Assembly (NCBI RefSeq): GCF_009914755.1
Contig: NC_060936.1
Strand: one strand, 5' to 3'
Length of the DNA: 64,000 bases
DNA from: the human T2T-CHM13v2.0 reference genome, Homo sapiens
In this document: positions 30,060-44,815 of the stretch, piece after piece
How positions within the stretch are numbered: position 1 is the first letter of the stretch
Layout of the letters: each line of letters starts with the position of its first letter
The notes under the pieces: generated by a model
Told to the model about the DNA's origin: nothing
The model's database searches: none
What the model saw: only the letters and a program-made list of their open reading frames with translations
Made by a program: the position numbers and the translations under genes

Positions 30060-30550
30060 GAAGACTGTCGCCATCATCCAGCCCTCCTCCCAAGGCTTCA
30101 GGTCTTCAGGCTAAATACCTTCCATTCTTTATCAGTTCTTTAATTTCTAATTTACCCCGATTGCCCTCTTCTGGATAAGTAGCAATCTGTCAATGTCTCT
30201 TTTCAAGGCACTATGAATGGGACATAGATTCCAGCTGGGTGGGTATATCAGTCCAGTTCTCTCCTTGCCATGCACTCTAGACTTGTATTAATGGAGATTG
30301 AGTGCGGGGCCTCTTTGGCACTTTGTCTTACCAGTACTTTCCTCCCATGTGGATGCAGATCCACTCAGTTACACACGCATCCATCCAACAAGGCTATCAT
30401 CTACTACAGACTCCTCCATTTTCTCCAGAAACACATTCAGAAAGACTTTGTTAAATGCCTGGTGGAAATTCAGATATGTTATGTGCACAGACATATCTTG
30501 ATTTACCTGTCTGCAGTCACAATCAAAACAAAAAATTGTATTTGGTCTTT
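30060..30550 (-). mobile_element. L3/CR1 ORF2 (reverse transcriptase) fossil
   Basis: Minus-strand translation VHITYLNFHQAFNKVFLNVFLEKMEESVVDDSLVGWMR resembles the CR1 RT motif VDVxYLDFSKAFDKV...KL...GLD...VRWI. Confidence 0.75.
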
Positions 30551-30835
30551 CTGAGCTTATGTTGCCTCCTGCTGGTTGCCATCTCTTGTTCCAAATGCTC
30601 ATGAATCTTTCTGGTCTACGACCTGGCTCAGGTCACCTCCATGCTTACCAATCTCTCATTGTCAGGACCCACCTGCTTTCTCTAAAAAAAAAGGAAAAAA
30701 AAAAAACTTCTTCCTTACTTTTGGTTGTCTCTAGTTTTCCAGCATCCCCTCCATTTTTCTGATTACTGAGAGGATTACATAGAGCAGTTCAATCATCTCA
30801 TTGCAAAATGCCTGATTATCCTGGCATGTAATTTT

Positions 30836-30996
30836 TATTTATTTATTTTAGAGATGGAGTCTTACTCTGTCACCCAGGCTGGAGTGCAGTGGTGTAATCA
30901 TAGCTTACTGCAGCCTCTAACTTCTGGGCTCAAGAGATCCTCCTGCTTCAGCCTCCTGAGTAGCTGGGAACATAATGGGTGCTACCACACCTGGCC
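30836..30996 (-). mobile_element. FRAM / Alu right-monomer-like element
   Basis: Monomer; perfect 15-bp TSD ctggcatgtaatttt (30821-30835 / 30997-31011). Confidence 0.9.
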
Positions 30997-31059
30997 CTGG
31001 CATGTAATTTTGTAACATCTTTCTTATAAAAGACACTTCTGGTAGAATTTAGGTTATAG

Positions 31060-31744
<685 letters not shown>

Positions 31745-31789
31745 CTAATGTAATTTTTTAATACCTTTCTTATAAAAGTCACTCCTGGT

Positions 31790-32254
31790 AGAAATTAGGA
31801 TATAGGTGAGGCTGTAACTAAGACTTGTGATAATAGGGAATTGGCACAGAGAGAGGATCTCTCTGATGCCCACACCTCTGTAACAGCCCACGTGTAAGCA
31901 GTCCTGGGCTCCTATGGCAGCATCAGTGACCAGGATCCTTTGATCTTGCTGTTCCATCTCTAGAGAGTTGCTTTTGCCCATATGGTTCAAGATGGCTCAG
32001 CAGCATCATTTCATAAGCCTCCTTGGCAGTGGAAAGGGGAAAAAGGGAGGAGGAAGGCGCAACCCTGAACTTGCATATGTTGCTTCTATTTATATCCTAT
32101 AGGCAAGAACTTACACACAGGCACTGAGCCGAAAGGAAGCCTGGAAATGCAATCTTTATTCTGAGAAGTAATATGCTCAGCTAAAAGTCTGCAGTTCTGG
32201 TTCTATGGGAAAAGAGAAGACAGATATTAAAGAAAATTAGCAGTCTCTGCCACA
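31790..32254 (-). mobile_element. MLT1I/J-like MaLR LTR
   Basis: ggttcaagatggctc...aaggaagcctggaaatgcaatctttattctg...ttagcagtctctgccaca. Confidence 0.7.
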
Positions 32255-32974
32255 CTTCAACTTCCTCTGTAAATCTCTTACATTCCGCATTTTCCCATAT
32301 CTGAAACTGTAGAGTCACTTCTACTTTTCCTAATTCTTTTTTAGTTACTCACAAAATCCTATTTATTTTATTCTTTTAATCAATTCTATTTTACCTCCTA
32401 AAATATTTTTATCCATCCGTTTCTTCCTATATTCACAATGATCGACATCCAGATACAGACACTCATCAGTCTTTGGTTTTGCCAGCCCCAACCCAGAGTC
32501 CACACTGGTCATCTTCCACCTGCTGGGGGCTTAGCAGGAAAGGATAGAGGATAGCTCTCCCCTCTGGCAAGTGGCATGGGACATAGTTTTCTGCTGCTCT
32601 CAATACCGATGCCTATTTGGCATTGGACTGGGGATGGGGAACCAACATTCTTCCTTCTTAGCCCCCTGTCAGGAGGTATAAGAAATCACTGCTTCTGCCA
32701 CTGCGACATCCTTCCCAGGTCCAGCTAATTCCTACTGACATTAGTTCAGCCTCACTCGCCAGAGAACAGTGCTCCTCTAGCTTATGTCATCTTTCTCCCC
32801 ATCTTTTGGGTGCTGTGTTTAGCCATTTTGTCATTTAACAAGACAATAAGAGCCTTTTAACTTGTGTCTCTGGAAACATCTTGTCCTCCTCTCAATCATC
32901 CTGTGCAGAGACAAATTAATCTCCTTAAAATAATGATCTCATTTTTAAAAACTCTCCTACTTAAAAATTTCTAA

Positions 32975-33165
32975 AGGGTGGGCCATTTGTCACAGCAGTG
33001 GTAGCAATAAGCAAATGCATGTTGCCTTGCTCAAGGTCATTTCACTAATTGATCAAGATACTCTTTCCAGCTCAATGCAGATGAAGCTTTAGAATCCTTT
33101 CCCACAGTTGGCACTACCAACCGATTAGAATTGGCATGGAAGATAGATCTTGTTTATCACCCTTA
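32975..33165 (+). mobile_element. hAT-Charlie MITE (MER117-like)
   Basis: ctaattgatcaagatactctttccagct...agaatcctttcccacag...cactaccaaccgattagaattggcatggaagat. Confidence 0.5.
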
Positions 33166-34320
33166 GCCTATAAAATTTTTTCCAAAAGTTAGGCTTTTGA
33201 CAGTGCTCTATCTCTGAACGCTTTTTGTGTGTTTCAAACCTTGTTTATCAATATATGCAGGGTCTATTTCCTCAAATAAACCACACGTTCTTTATTCTGG
33301 TTTTCTTTTCCCCTTAAATGTCTGGGTTCTGCTCACAGAGTTGTTTACAGCTGTCCTTGGTCAAAGAGGAGATGGTGAAGGTGCTGAGGGCCGAGCCAGT
33401 GGCAGAAGAAAAGAAGGCCAGAAGGAAAATCTAAACTCTCATCAAGAAAGGCAGTAAAAGGCTGTAAGCAGAAAACTGGTACCAGGTGTGAGATCCAGGG
33501 AGCGAGGCAAGGTCAACAAATGGAAAAACCAGAGCTCAGGAGCCAAAAGGATGGGAAGCAAGTGGGGTTGCAGAGTGCAAGTTGGGACAAGGCAAATTGT
33601 TCATACCTAAGTGTTTCTTGGAGCTCTCAGACCTGCCTCTGTGCAGGGTCAGCCATTAAACAGAACTCCACATGTAATATGCACTCACACATGAATAAGC
33701 AAAAACATAAATCAAAGTAATACCATCTAACCCTATGTTGAAATGCCATATCAAACATCCATTTTCTAGTTTCCCTCAGTCTTCTACACCCAAGTTCATA
33801 CAAAAATATTGGCTTAGCAACTTTCCTTTAAATTACTGGTTCTTCTCTAAATGTCTTTAACATTGTATTTAAACCACAGTGGAAAAGATAACTCTTGGTA
33901 AGTGCAGTAATAATAAAACACATCATTTTAAAGGTGGCAGATGGAAACCAGAAAGACTCCATCCAGGGATTTTTGCAGATTAGATTCACATGAAGCTTTA
34001 GTCCCCGCTCTGCTCCTGCTAAAGCTAAGTGATGGGCTTCTTGCCACAACCGCCTTTGCAAAAAATAACATCTTGCTCCTACCAAGAAAGCAGGTGACAA
34101 GCTCAGCAGCTGTGCTTTGGTTTGTTTTTCTCCACAGCAGGAACATGTGCCCCGGAGTGGGCATTGTTTGTGGAATCAGTAGGACAGTAAATGCAAAGGC
34201 AAGGAGATAAAGATCAGTCAGGAAGGAGAAAGTGGCACTTGGGGGCAGAACGAAACACCAAAAAAGCCAGGTGATGGAAACAAAGCGAACTATCATTCGC
34301 CCAAGTTAACAGAAGCAAGT

Positions 34321-34375
34321 TGACTCAGGCAACTGTGAGAAAAGCTAAGACTGTTTGCATGCACGTGGTGAGTCA
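34321..34375. promoter_or_regulatory. Candidate enhancer motif cluster: two AP-1 sites and an E-box
   Basis: TGACTCA 34321-34327, CACGTG 34362-34367, TGAGTCA 34369-34375 in non-repetitive sequence. Motif evidence only. Confidence 0.35.
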
Positions 34376-34799
34376 TCTAATGTGTAAGTCAAGCTACCAG
34401 CTAGAATTAATCTTGTGCATGGAAACAAATTCGAGTATTTTGAACGTGAGCTAATGAGATTGACCTGTAGGATCACGCAGCTCTAATAGCTGAATAGGCA
34501 TGTCAAGGATAAAGGCAAAAGCTAGGGGTGCCCTCGGGAAGTGCCTTTCTTTGTGGCCTGTGCATTCGCTCTTTGAGGGATGCCGGCTGAGCTGAAGAAG
34601 ATTTGCCGCACCCATGCTGCCCTCAAGTTCCTCTTTATTTATAGTACTATTCCAGGTAAGATGTCTTCTGGAGTACAAGTACAAAAGCTGTGTTTATGGC
34701 TCTTTCCATTTTACAATGAACTTTCCTACAGGTTGTGGAATTTAGCATGATGGGATGACCAAGTGCTAGTTGCTGTTGTTGTTTAGATTGGTAGGGGTC

Positions 34800-35261
34800 A
34801 TTTGTTGGTTATTTTGGCAGGCCAGTGTCCATCCCACATTCCTTTGGTAATAGTGCCTAGTTCCTTCTTGGGATTTGCCTCTTCCCTTGGAGACAGTCTG
34901 GTAGGACTTTGATCAAGTTGTGCCACTCTCCCTCAGTCAAGGAGCAGGCACATGAACTGGGGATCTATGGGCTCCCTCCCTACACTTTTGGCCTTGACCA
35001 GAAAGACAAACAGATTGAAAAAGAGTAGACCCATTTTAACAAGGAGTAGCTCCCAGAAAAGAAAGCTGGGTGTTCCTGACACCATAAAGATCCATAAGTG
35101 TTCCCTGGTGCAAAGCCTGGTGCTCCAGCCATTTCTGAGTTTGGTCTCTGAGCCTATTGTTTTTGCTGTCCTGCTGCCTTCCAAAAATCTCCCGTTTTGC
35201 TTAAGTTAGCAAGAAAGAGTTGGTTTCTGTTACTTGCAACCAAAGAACCCTAGCTGCTACA
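34800..35261 (+). mobile_element. LTR33-like ERVL LTR
   Basis: 3' end ttttgcttaagttagc...gttggtttctgttacttgcaaccaaagaaccctagctgctaca. Confidence 0.6.
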
Positions 35262-35817
35262 GATTCATGTACTCAAAGTTTCCACTACAGATGTTCAAGG
35301 GAGTGGAGACTACTGGTAAATCCAATAAGCTGATTATGTGAATATTGATTAAGAAAACTTCTACATATTTTATGAGGGCTATTACACAATACCATATCTT
35401 GTTTTCCTTATATCTCCCTGACCTGAAGTCTCTCTTCTAATTTGTTGTTTATTTCAACTCCTTTATCAAACATTCCCCAAGATATAGTGAATGGGCGATA
35501 TATTACCTAAAACCCTGATTATCCACAATATCTTTCACCCTGACAGATCTTATGGGAGTAGAAGGGGGTGGTACTTTGATTTTTAAAAATAATATAAAAG
35601 ATATGTGTATTTGACTTTCAATTTATAAAATGAAAGGTAATCATTTGTGGAAAACAAAAATATAGCAAAAGATTCAAAAATAATGGGAGAAAAGGGGCCA
35701 TGTAATAATAATAATGTATCTTATTGAATCGAAGACAATATCAGTTGTTGGAAACACTATTATTTAATGTACTATTAAGAAGAAAAAATTGCTACCAATG
35801 AATTTACGGCACACTAT

Positions 35818-36169
35818 CCACTCTAATCTAAATTTTTGTGTATCCCAAATTCATCTGTTAGATCCTTCTGCCCAATTTGAGGTAGAGCCTTTGGGAGGTG
35901 ATTAAGTCAAGAAGACAGAATCCCCCTGAGATTAGTGTCCTTATAAAAGAGATTGCATAGAGATTGCATATGCCCCTTCTTTCTGCTCCTTCTGCCATAT
36001 AAGGTTACAGTGAGAACAAAGCTGTCTGTGAGGAAGCAGGCCCTTACTCTGAATCTGCCAGTGCCTTGATCTTGGACTTCCCAGCCTCCGGAACTGTGAG
36101 ATCTAAATTGCTGTTGTTTATAAGCCACCCTATTGTATTTTGTTATAGTAGATTAAACAGACTAAGATA
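35818..36169 (+). mobile_element. MLT1A-like MaLR solo LTR, apparently inside an old TcMar-type MITE (~35715-36235)
   Basis: gcctttgggaggtgattaag...ccttgatcttggacttcccagcctccggaactgtgag...aaacagactaagata. Confidence 0.85.
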
Positions 36170-36287
36170 CCATTCCAACTTCAGAGATATTGCAAAAAGG
36201 CAAAAAAAAATGTTTTAAAGTGATGAAATTTGGTAATAAAACTGATAGCTCAATGTATGGAGTTCTAACTAAATGGCAGGCCCTGTT

Positions 36288-36360
36288 TATTTTTTTTTTT
36301 ATACTTTAAGTTCTAGGGTACATGTGCACAACGTGCAGGTTTGTTACATATGTATACATG
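36288..36360 (-). mobile_element. 73-bp extreme 5'-truncated L1PA 3' end
   Basis: T-tract plus atactttaagttctagggtacatgtgcacaacgtgcaggtttgttacatatgtatacatg; perfect 15-bp TSD atggcaggccctgtt (36273-36287 / 36361-36375). Confidence 0.95.
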
Positions 36361-36576
36361 ATGGCAGGCCCTGTTCTAACTGTTCTACATGTATTAATTC
36401 ATTTAATACTAACAATCTAATGGAGTAGTATGCTATGTAAGTATACAGGTATGATATACAAGTAATATCCATAATTAGCCAAACAAATGGCTTAGAACTA
36501 ATGTAAATTCAAAGTGGAGTTATTAAAAGCTTTATTTGAACTGACAAATTTATGTTTCAATCAAAGCAATAATTAA

Positions 36577-36960
<384 letters not shown>

Positions 36961-39067
36961 TGAAAAATTCATTCTTAGTTTTGTTTCAATCCTTAAAATT
37001 TAAAAACAAAATGCCATTGCTTCTAAGCTTTGTTTTCTAAATCTTGAAAGGCCCCTGGGCCAAAAGCAATCAATATTTTGCTTCTTTCCCTGTCTCTATT
37101 CTAGGCTGTGTAAGTTTACAGTGTTATTCAGCATTTCTCTAAAGGTATTTTGTGGAATACTGGTGTGGAGATGTTCTGTTGTAACTTGAATAAATCCCGG
37201 GGCCTACGTGGCCAGTCTCAACAGGGTTAGCATTCAAAGAAACAGTTCAGTAACCAAGTGTGATCACTCTCTTTCACTTTCTTTCATTTCTCAAAGAATA
37301 TTAAAGAAGATCCAATCCATAATTCCTAACTTCATTTCTTAAATTTTTCTTTTCCTCATTCTTCTCCTTTTACAATTGTCTCACATCTCAAAGCTTTCTC
37401 AACACCTCTCTTCCCCCATTTTTTTTCACTCAGCTCCACACCAAATTATCTTGGACACCCTCTACCTTTGCAGGATCTTCTCTTTTCTTCCTCTTCCTGT
37501 TTATTTCCATCACTTTAAATTTCTTTCAAGAAAGCCCTGACCCTGTCTGATGACAATCCCTCATTCCAGATACCCTGAGTCTTCCACTTCTGATTAGTTG
37601 AGGATGTAGAGTGAGGACCATGAGATGAATATCAAATTGAGGGAAAGGTGCTGAGTGAACAATGTTAGACGTTTTCATTGAGGGTACAGGTCAAGAAAGA
37701 GGCAAACCATTTGTTCATACATTAATGATATTTTGTTTCTTTACTTTAAAAAATGCACTGTGGTCATTTATATTCATGAAAATTTACTGACACATTAGTA
37801 TATCAAAGGCTCTGAGAAGTCTTGCAATTAAGAATCTGAATTATCTTTGTTTTATCTAGTATTTCTCAAACACGTTTCAAAATGATAATTTTCATCTCCC
37901 TTCCCCACTTTACACACGTAAGTACCCATGAAGATGATTAGGGTAAAGTGGTCTTAAATAATAAAAGATATAACAAAAACAATTGAAAGTATATTTGTAA
38001 CATACACATAGCTTTGTTGGATGGATGTTTCAATGAGGACAACAGTAGTTTGAATGCAGTATGCATTTTTCACATAACATGGAAAGTAGTGCCATTTTGC
38101 TCTTTGTCTTGCAGTTGGAATATGAGATAACCCATGCAGAATAGCTACCAACTGAGTCTGTCTGGCCAGCATTTACACAGATACAGTTGCACAACTGGCC
38201 CTGTACAACAGTTATCCTTGAATTTGATTTGTCAAGATGGTTTGTGTTATTACCTCTGTGGTATCTTGATTTACCTTGGGTAGTGGCCAGTCCCTTAAGT
38301 TAATGTTGGCTATTAGCCCATTAGCTGTTACATGAGTTTACTGTCAGTGGGTGTGGAGGGTATGATTATTTGCCGATGGACTTGTCCACAGCTAGAGGTA
38401 ATATGTACCTGGGTGTCTGAACAAGTTTTCATGAGGGATCATCTAGAAACGATTGGAAAACAGCACCCGAAGCCACATGTGCTCAGTTTGGCATGCAAAA
38501 CCTTGCATACTAGATTCAGTAGTGGGGGCAACAGGTGATGAATAATTTGCAAACTGGTAAAGTTTTAGCTGGACCTGATAATATTGGGAATCTTCCTATA
38601 TAAAGATACAGAATATTCATTATTAACAATAAAAAAACAGACAATAGATAAACAGATTTTAGGCAATCTAAGAAGAAAATTTAAGTATTCTGGCTCTTTT
38701 TTTTGCCTGTTTTACTTTGGATTGTTGGTATTTGGAGCAATGCTGGATGCCACGACTCAAAATCATTATCATTGCTTGAGACTTATAATTTGTTTAAGAT
38801 TTGCACCACTTCAACATAAATGGCTGGTTTTACTAACATTCCACCTGAAATTCTGTATACTTCCATGGACATCTTAAAAAAATACATATCCACAAATTTG
38901 CTCAGCTTAAGGAAAAATTGGAAAAAACTTAGATGCCCTAAAATAGGGAATCCTTTATTATATTACATTCATATATGGTAACCATTAGTGCTGTCCACCA
39001 AATATTTCCAATTCTCCTGCTGGACACATAGTAGGATTTCATTTCTTTCCCACCTTAGCTTAAGTGA

Positions 39068-40629
<1,562 letters not shown>

Positions 40630-41051
40630 AAGAGCCAATGTATAATTTTTTTTCCCATGGTCAGTTTTTCTTCTACCTGGGTCCTGGAGTGAGAACATTA
40701 TGTCACAGAGCCGATCCCTAACTGATCTGCAATTGACACATAGAGTGGGCAAGAAATTAAAAATTGTTTTATGTCACTGAGATTTTGGGGTTATTTGTTA
40801 CTACAGCTTAACCCAGACCATTCTGGCTGATAGGCCACAATGGGACACTAAACAGTTCACGAAAATTACATAGTAGAAAAATGTCAGATGATAAAGGACA
40901 GATACAGGTTATATATTCAGTAAAAATTGCAAGTTTTAAACAAGTATTGGTTAATCATTGAAAAATACATATGAAATGGAGTTTCCTGGGATAGATTGGA
41001 TCTTTAGAATTCTGAAGCTGAAAATAATTCAATGAAAAAACGTGTCTTTGG

Positions 41052-41345
41052 TAAGTGTCCATCAACATACGGATAAGCAAAATATGGCGTATACATGCAA
41101 TAGAACATTATTCAGTCTTAGAAAAGAAAATCTGACATGCTACAACATATGAGGACATTATGTTAAGTGAAATAAACCAGTCACAAAAAGATAAATGTTG
41201 TATAATTCCAGTTATATGAGGTATAAGTGTAGTCAAAACCACATAGACAGAAAGTAGAATGATGCATGCCAGGGACTGGAGGAGACGGAAATGGAGAGTT
41301 GGTGTTTAATGAGTATAGAGTTTCAGTTTTACAAGATGTGAAGAG
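41052..41345 (+). mobile_element. L1MB-type 3' fragment
   Basis: aagtgtccatcaac...gacattatgttaagtgaaataaaccagtcacaaaaaga...gagtatagagtttcagttttacaagatg. Confidence 0.8.
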
Positions 41346-41516
41346 GAAAACAAATCATTCCCTTTTCCTGGGCTTGGGAGAGGGCTTTGGGTCTCTCCTG
41401 CATGAAATGGAGAAGCCTGATGATTCCTGGTGTTGAAGAGTAAGCTCACCCTGGCCTCAGAGATGTCAGTTGGTGGTTGGGTGGGAGCCAGCCTCAACCT
41501 ATGATTCTAAGATTAG

Positions 41517-42141
41517 TGTGGGGGCTGAGGCCCTTGGTCCCCTAAAGGTTTGTTGTAAGATCACTAACATGAAGCAGATTGATGAATAGGAGAAAAGGCA
41601 CACACATTTATTTCACATGTATACATGGGAGGCTTCAGAATGAAGACCCAAAGAAACAAGGAAAATTGTCCATTTTTATGCTTAGGTTCAACAAGGTATG
41701 GACAGCCACGTAGAAATATGATTGGACAAAAAGGGTCTGATCTACTGTGAATAGACTGAGCAGGGAGACTCCACAAGGCCTGTCTGTTCAGGTTCTTCTT
41801 GGTCTCCCTGTGTAGCTTTCCTTCCTTCTGGGTATGGGGACTTTTACCCTCTCTGGAATGGGGGCTCTCTGCAATGGGTGTCTTCTGACCTACAGTCAAA
41901 CAAGGTAGGTCAGATCATTTATTTCTGGCCCGTTTTTGTATGGAATATTTTTAGGTGTTTTGGCTGGCTTTCAGGAAAAGGGGTTCTGGTTTCTATGCCT
42001 CGCCTTGGGGGAAGAGGGATTCTAGTTTTTATGGCTAGGCTTGGGTTGCAGGGGAGGGCAGGAGAAGATCAGAGAAAAACTTTTGCTTCCGTGGCTGCTC
42101 TGAGGCCTTCATTTTGGTGTACAGTTTTTTCAGCCCCAGCA
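41517..42141 (-). mobile_element. ERV1 solo LTR (MER39-like), complete
   Basis: tg...ca termini; 4-bp TSD ttag (41513-41516 / 42142-42145); homologous to 14150-14750. Confidence 0.8.
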
Positions 42142-43579
42142 TTAGCCATTTGGTCTGGGAGCTGGAGGGCCTGTGTTGCCGTTTAGAGGGAAGAGCCAAG
42201 GAAAGAGTGTGTCCCTTCCCAAGGCTCTCATGGATGTATGAGGACCAGTCAACAGCGAAGGGTGGCTGACTGTGACAGAGCCAGCAAGAGAGGATTCAGT
42301 CACAGAGAAAAAAATGCAGGCCCCCAGCCAGGGTCCTCCCGCAAAGTATGACAATTCAGAACTACTGGGGATGATACAGACAACATTCAGCCTCCAGTGT
42401 GTGTTCCTGTCTCTCCCTCTAGAGGACAGTTCTCGCTCTCAAAGTGCGCTCGGTGTGTCGTGTCGCCATGGTAAAAAGGCAGGAGACAGCAAACGCTTGA
42501 TCCGAGCTGCACCATGCCTCGTTTTCACTCTCCCTGAAGACAAAAGAAGGTGGCAAGTAAGGAAAGCTCACCCCAGGGAGTTTTCTCGGAGAACACAAGC
42601 GGTCCCAACAGGGTAAAGGAGAAAATAATTATCTGGAAAGGTTGCAATTAATAGTATCAGGTTTAACCTTTGTGCTAATATGGGAATCTAAGGCACTAAG
42701 TCATCGCCTAAGACCTAGTGCTCTCTGTACGACAAAGCTTTAGTCTTATAATGTGGAAGTCAGTGCTTATTACATCCAATGCCTGAGTTCCCAGCGGACA
42801 GAGTTCCTTCTCAGGCAGCCGGCCAAGGACACCAGAAATTAAGCAGGGGTCTGTGGCTCTGCCGTCTAGCTATGACCAAATTTAAATTTGTGCTTTTTGC
42901 CTTGCCTGCCAGTGAACCTGCTGCTAGACTGAGATGTAAATGCCATTTCTGGTGTACATTAAGAAAATGTGAAACAATTAGCTCAAAGCCGTGGTTATGG
43001 AGCAAAAATATTAAAAATATAAGTTAGAAAATCCTTGTGACAATGTTCATGTGAATGGTGAGGGTAGGGAGTCCATTGCATATATGTGTGTGCATGTGTG
43101 GAGGAGTACGTGTGTTGAATAAATATGCATAAAGAGTGCATCAGCAGTAGATCCAAGAACTTATGTATGGGGGTGGGTGTGGAAATCCACATTTTAGTAA
43201 CATTTTTTCCTTCTTCACAGTCAAGTGACGTTTCTTCAAACATCTGTTCTGTGAGCAAAGTAGGGAGGGACGTACATCAGTGTTAAGTGCTTGGGAGAGG
43301 AATTCTGGAGGAACACTACCCACTTAATTTAGCTCAGCTCTATGAAAGATTGCAGGGTTTGGGACTATTTCTAGCCACATCTGAGAGTCTGTGAAAAGTG
43401 GAAGTAAAGTCATTAAGCGGAATGGGCATTTATACATTTGGTAATTTGTCTTGAGTCAGAAAGTCTAGACACTCCCCTGGGAATGGGGGGAATGTGGGCC
43501 ATGGTTATGACCTTCAGGACTCTGGAAACAGGAATGACAAAGACCTGGAAGGTCCTGAGGCAAATGGGCTCAATAGATC

Positions 43580-43840
43580 TTTTTTTTTATTTGAAACAGA
43601 GTGCAGTGGCACAATCTTGGCTCACTGCACTCTCCGCCTCCCAGATTCAAGCGATTCAGCTACCTCCTGAGTAGCTGGGATTACAGGCACACACCACCAC
43701 GCCTGGCTAGTTTTGTATTTTTAGTAGAGACGGGGTTTCACCATGTTGCCCAGGCTGGTCTCGAACTCCCAGGCTCAGGCTAACCACGTGCCTCGGCCTC
43801 CCAAAGTGCTAGGATTACAGGCGTGAGCCACCACACCCAC
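43580..43840 (-). mobile_element. Alu with internal deletions
   Basis: Alu motifs; about 25 bp missing after gaaacagag. Confidence 0.9.
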
Positions 43841-44268
43841 CTTCTTGGTGAAGGCACATAAAGCAAAATGAAAGCCCACTGGTCTGGTGTTCAGACACAA
43901 GCCAGGCCTCACCCGACTTGGAGACAGGCAGCCCCAGCCAGCAAGAGAGTTACAGACCTCAGCTAGATCTGGGGACCACCAGTTTCCTACCAGGGCAACC
44001 TGAGAATGTACTCTCTCTGTGCCGCAACTCTTTCCCCTCTCAAATAGGCACAACCATTGTAACAACCAGAAGAGCTAACATGGATGAAGAACTTCCCGCG
44101 TACCAGGCACCATAATAAATGCTAGATCCATGTACTCTTCTTGATAATCCTACAATGTAGTATTATTATATTTCATTGATTCTAAGATGTTCTTTTTTTT
44201 ATATTTTAACATTCTCTGTTATCAGGATGAATAATTGATAAGAAAGCCTGTAAGTCATGGTTAAATTT

Positions 44269-44392
44269 TTTTTTAAGAGACAGGGTCTTGCTATGTTTTC
44301 CAGTCTGGTTTTAAACTCCTGGCCTCAAGTGATTCTGCTGCTTCAGCTTCCCAAAATGCTGGGATTACAGGCATAAGTCACCGCACCCAGCC
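44269..44392 (-). mobile_element. FLAM / Alu left monomer
   Basis: TSD agtcatggttaaattt / agtcatgattaaattt. Confidence 0.88.
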
Positions 44393-44459
44393 AGTCATGA
44401 TTAAATTTATACTTTTAAATCTTTTTTAGTGATATATAAATTGATGATGTGTTAGATTC

Positions 44460-44815
44460 AGTGAGGAAACTGAGGCAGAGATTTGAAAACTGAGGCACAG
44501 GTGGGCTGAATAACTCGCCTAAGTTCACACAGTTAGAAAGTGGTAGAATGAGAGTTTGACTCAATGCTGTTTCTAGAGTTGACTTTCTTCTAAGGTGCTA
44601 GACTTCCTGGTCCCTCCACTTACCAGCTGTGTGATCTCAGGCAAATTCCTAACCTCCCTGTGCCTCTGGGATTTTTTCATCTGTGAAATGGTGATAATAA
44701 TATTAGCAACGGCTTCATAGGATTGTTGTGGAGGTTAAACAAGTTTACATATGTAAAGTTCTGAAAATAGTGCCCGACATATGGCAAGTATTCAATAAAC
44801 TTTAGCTACAATTAC
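44460..44815. mobile_element. Two MIRs head-to-head (minus ~44460-44590; plus ~44600-44815)
   Basis: tgaggaaactgaggcagag... and ccacttaccagctgtgtgatctcaggcaaattcctaacctc...ttcaataaactttagcta. Confidence 0.85.
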
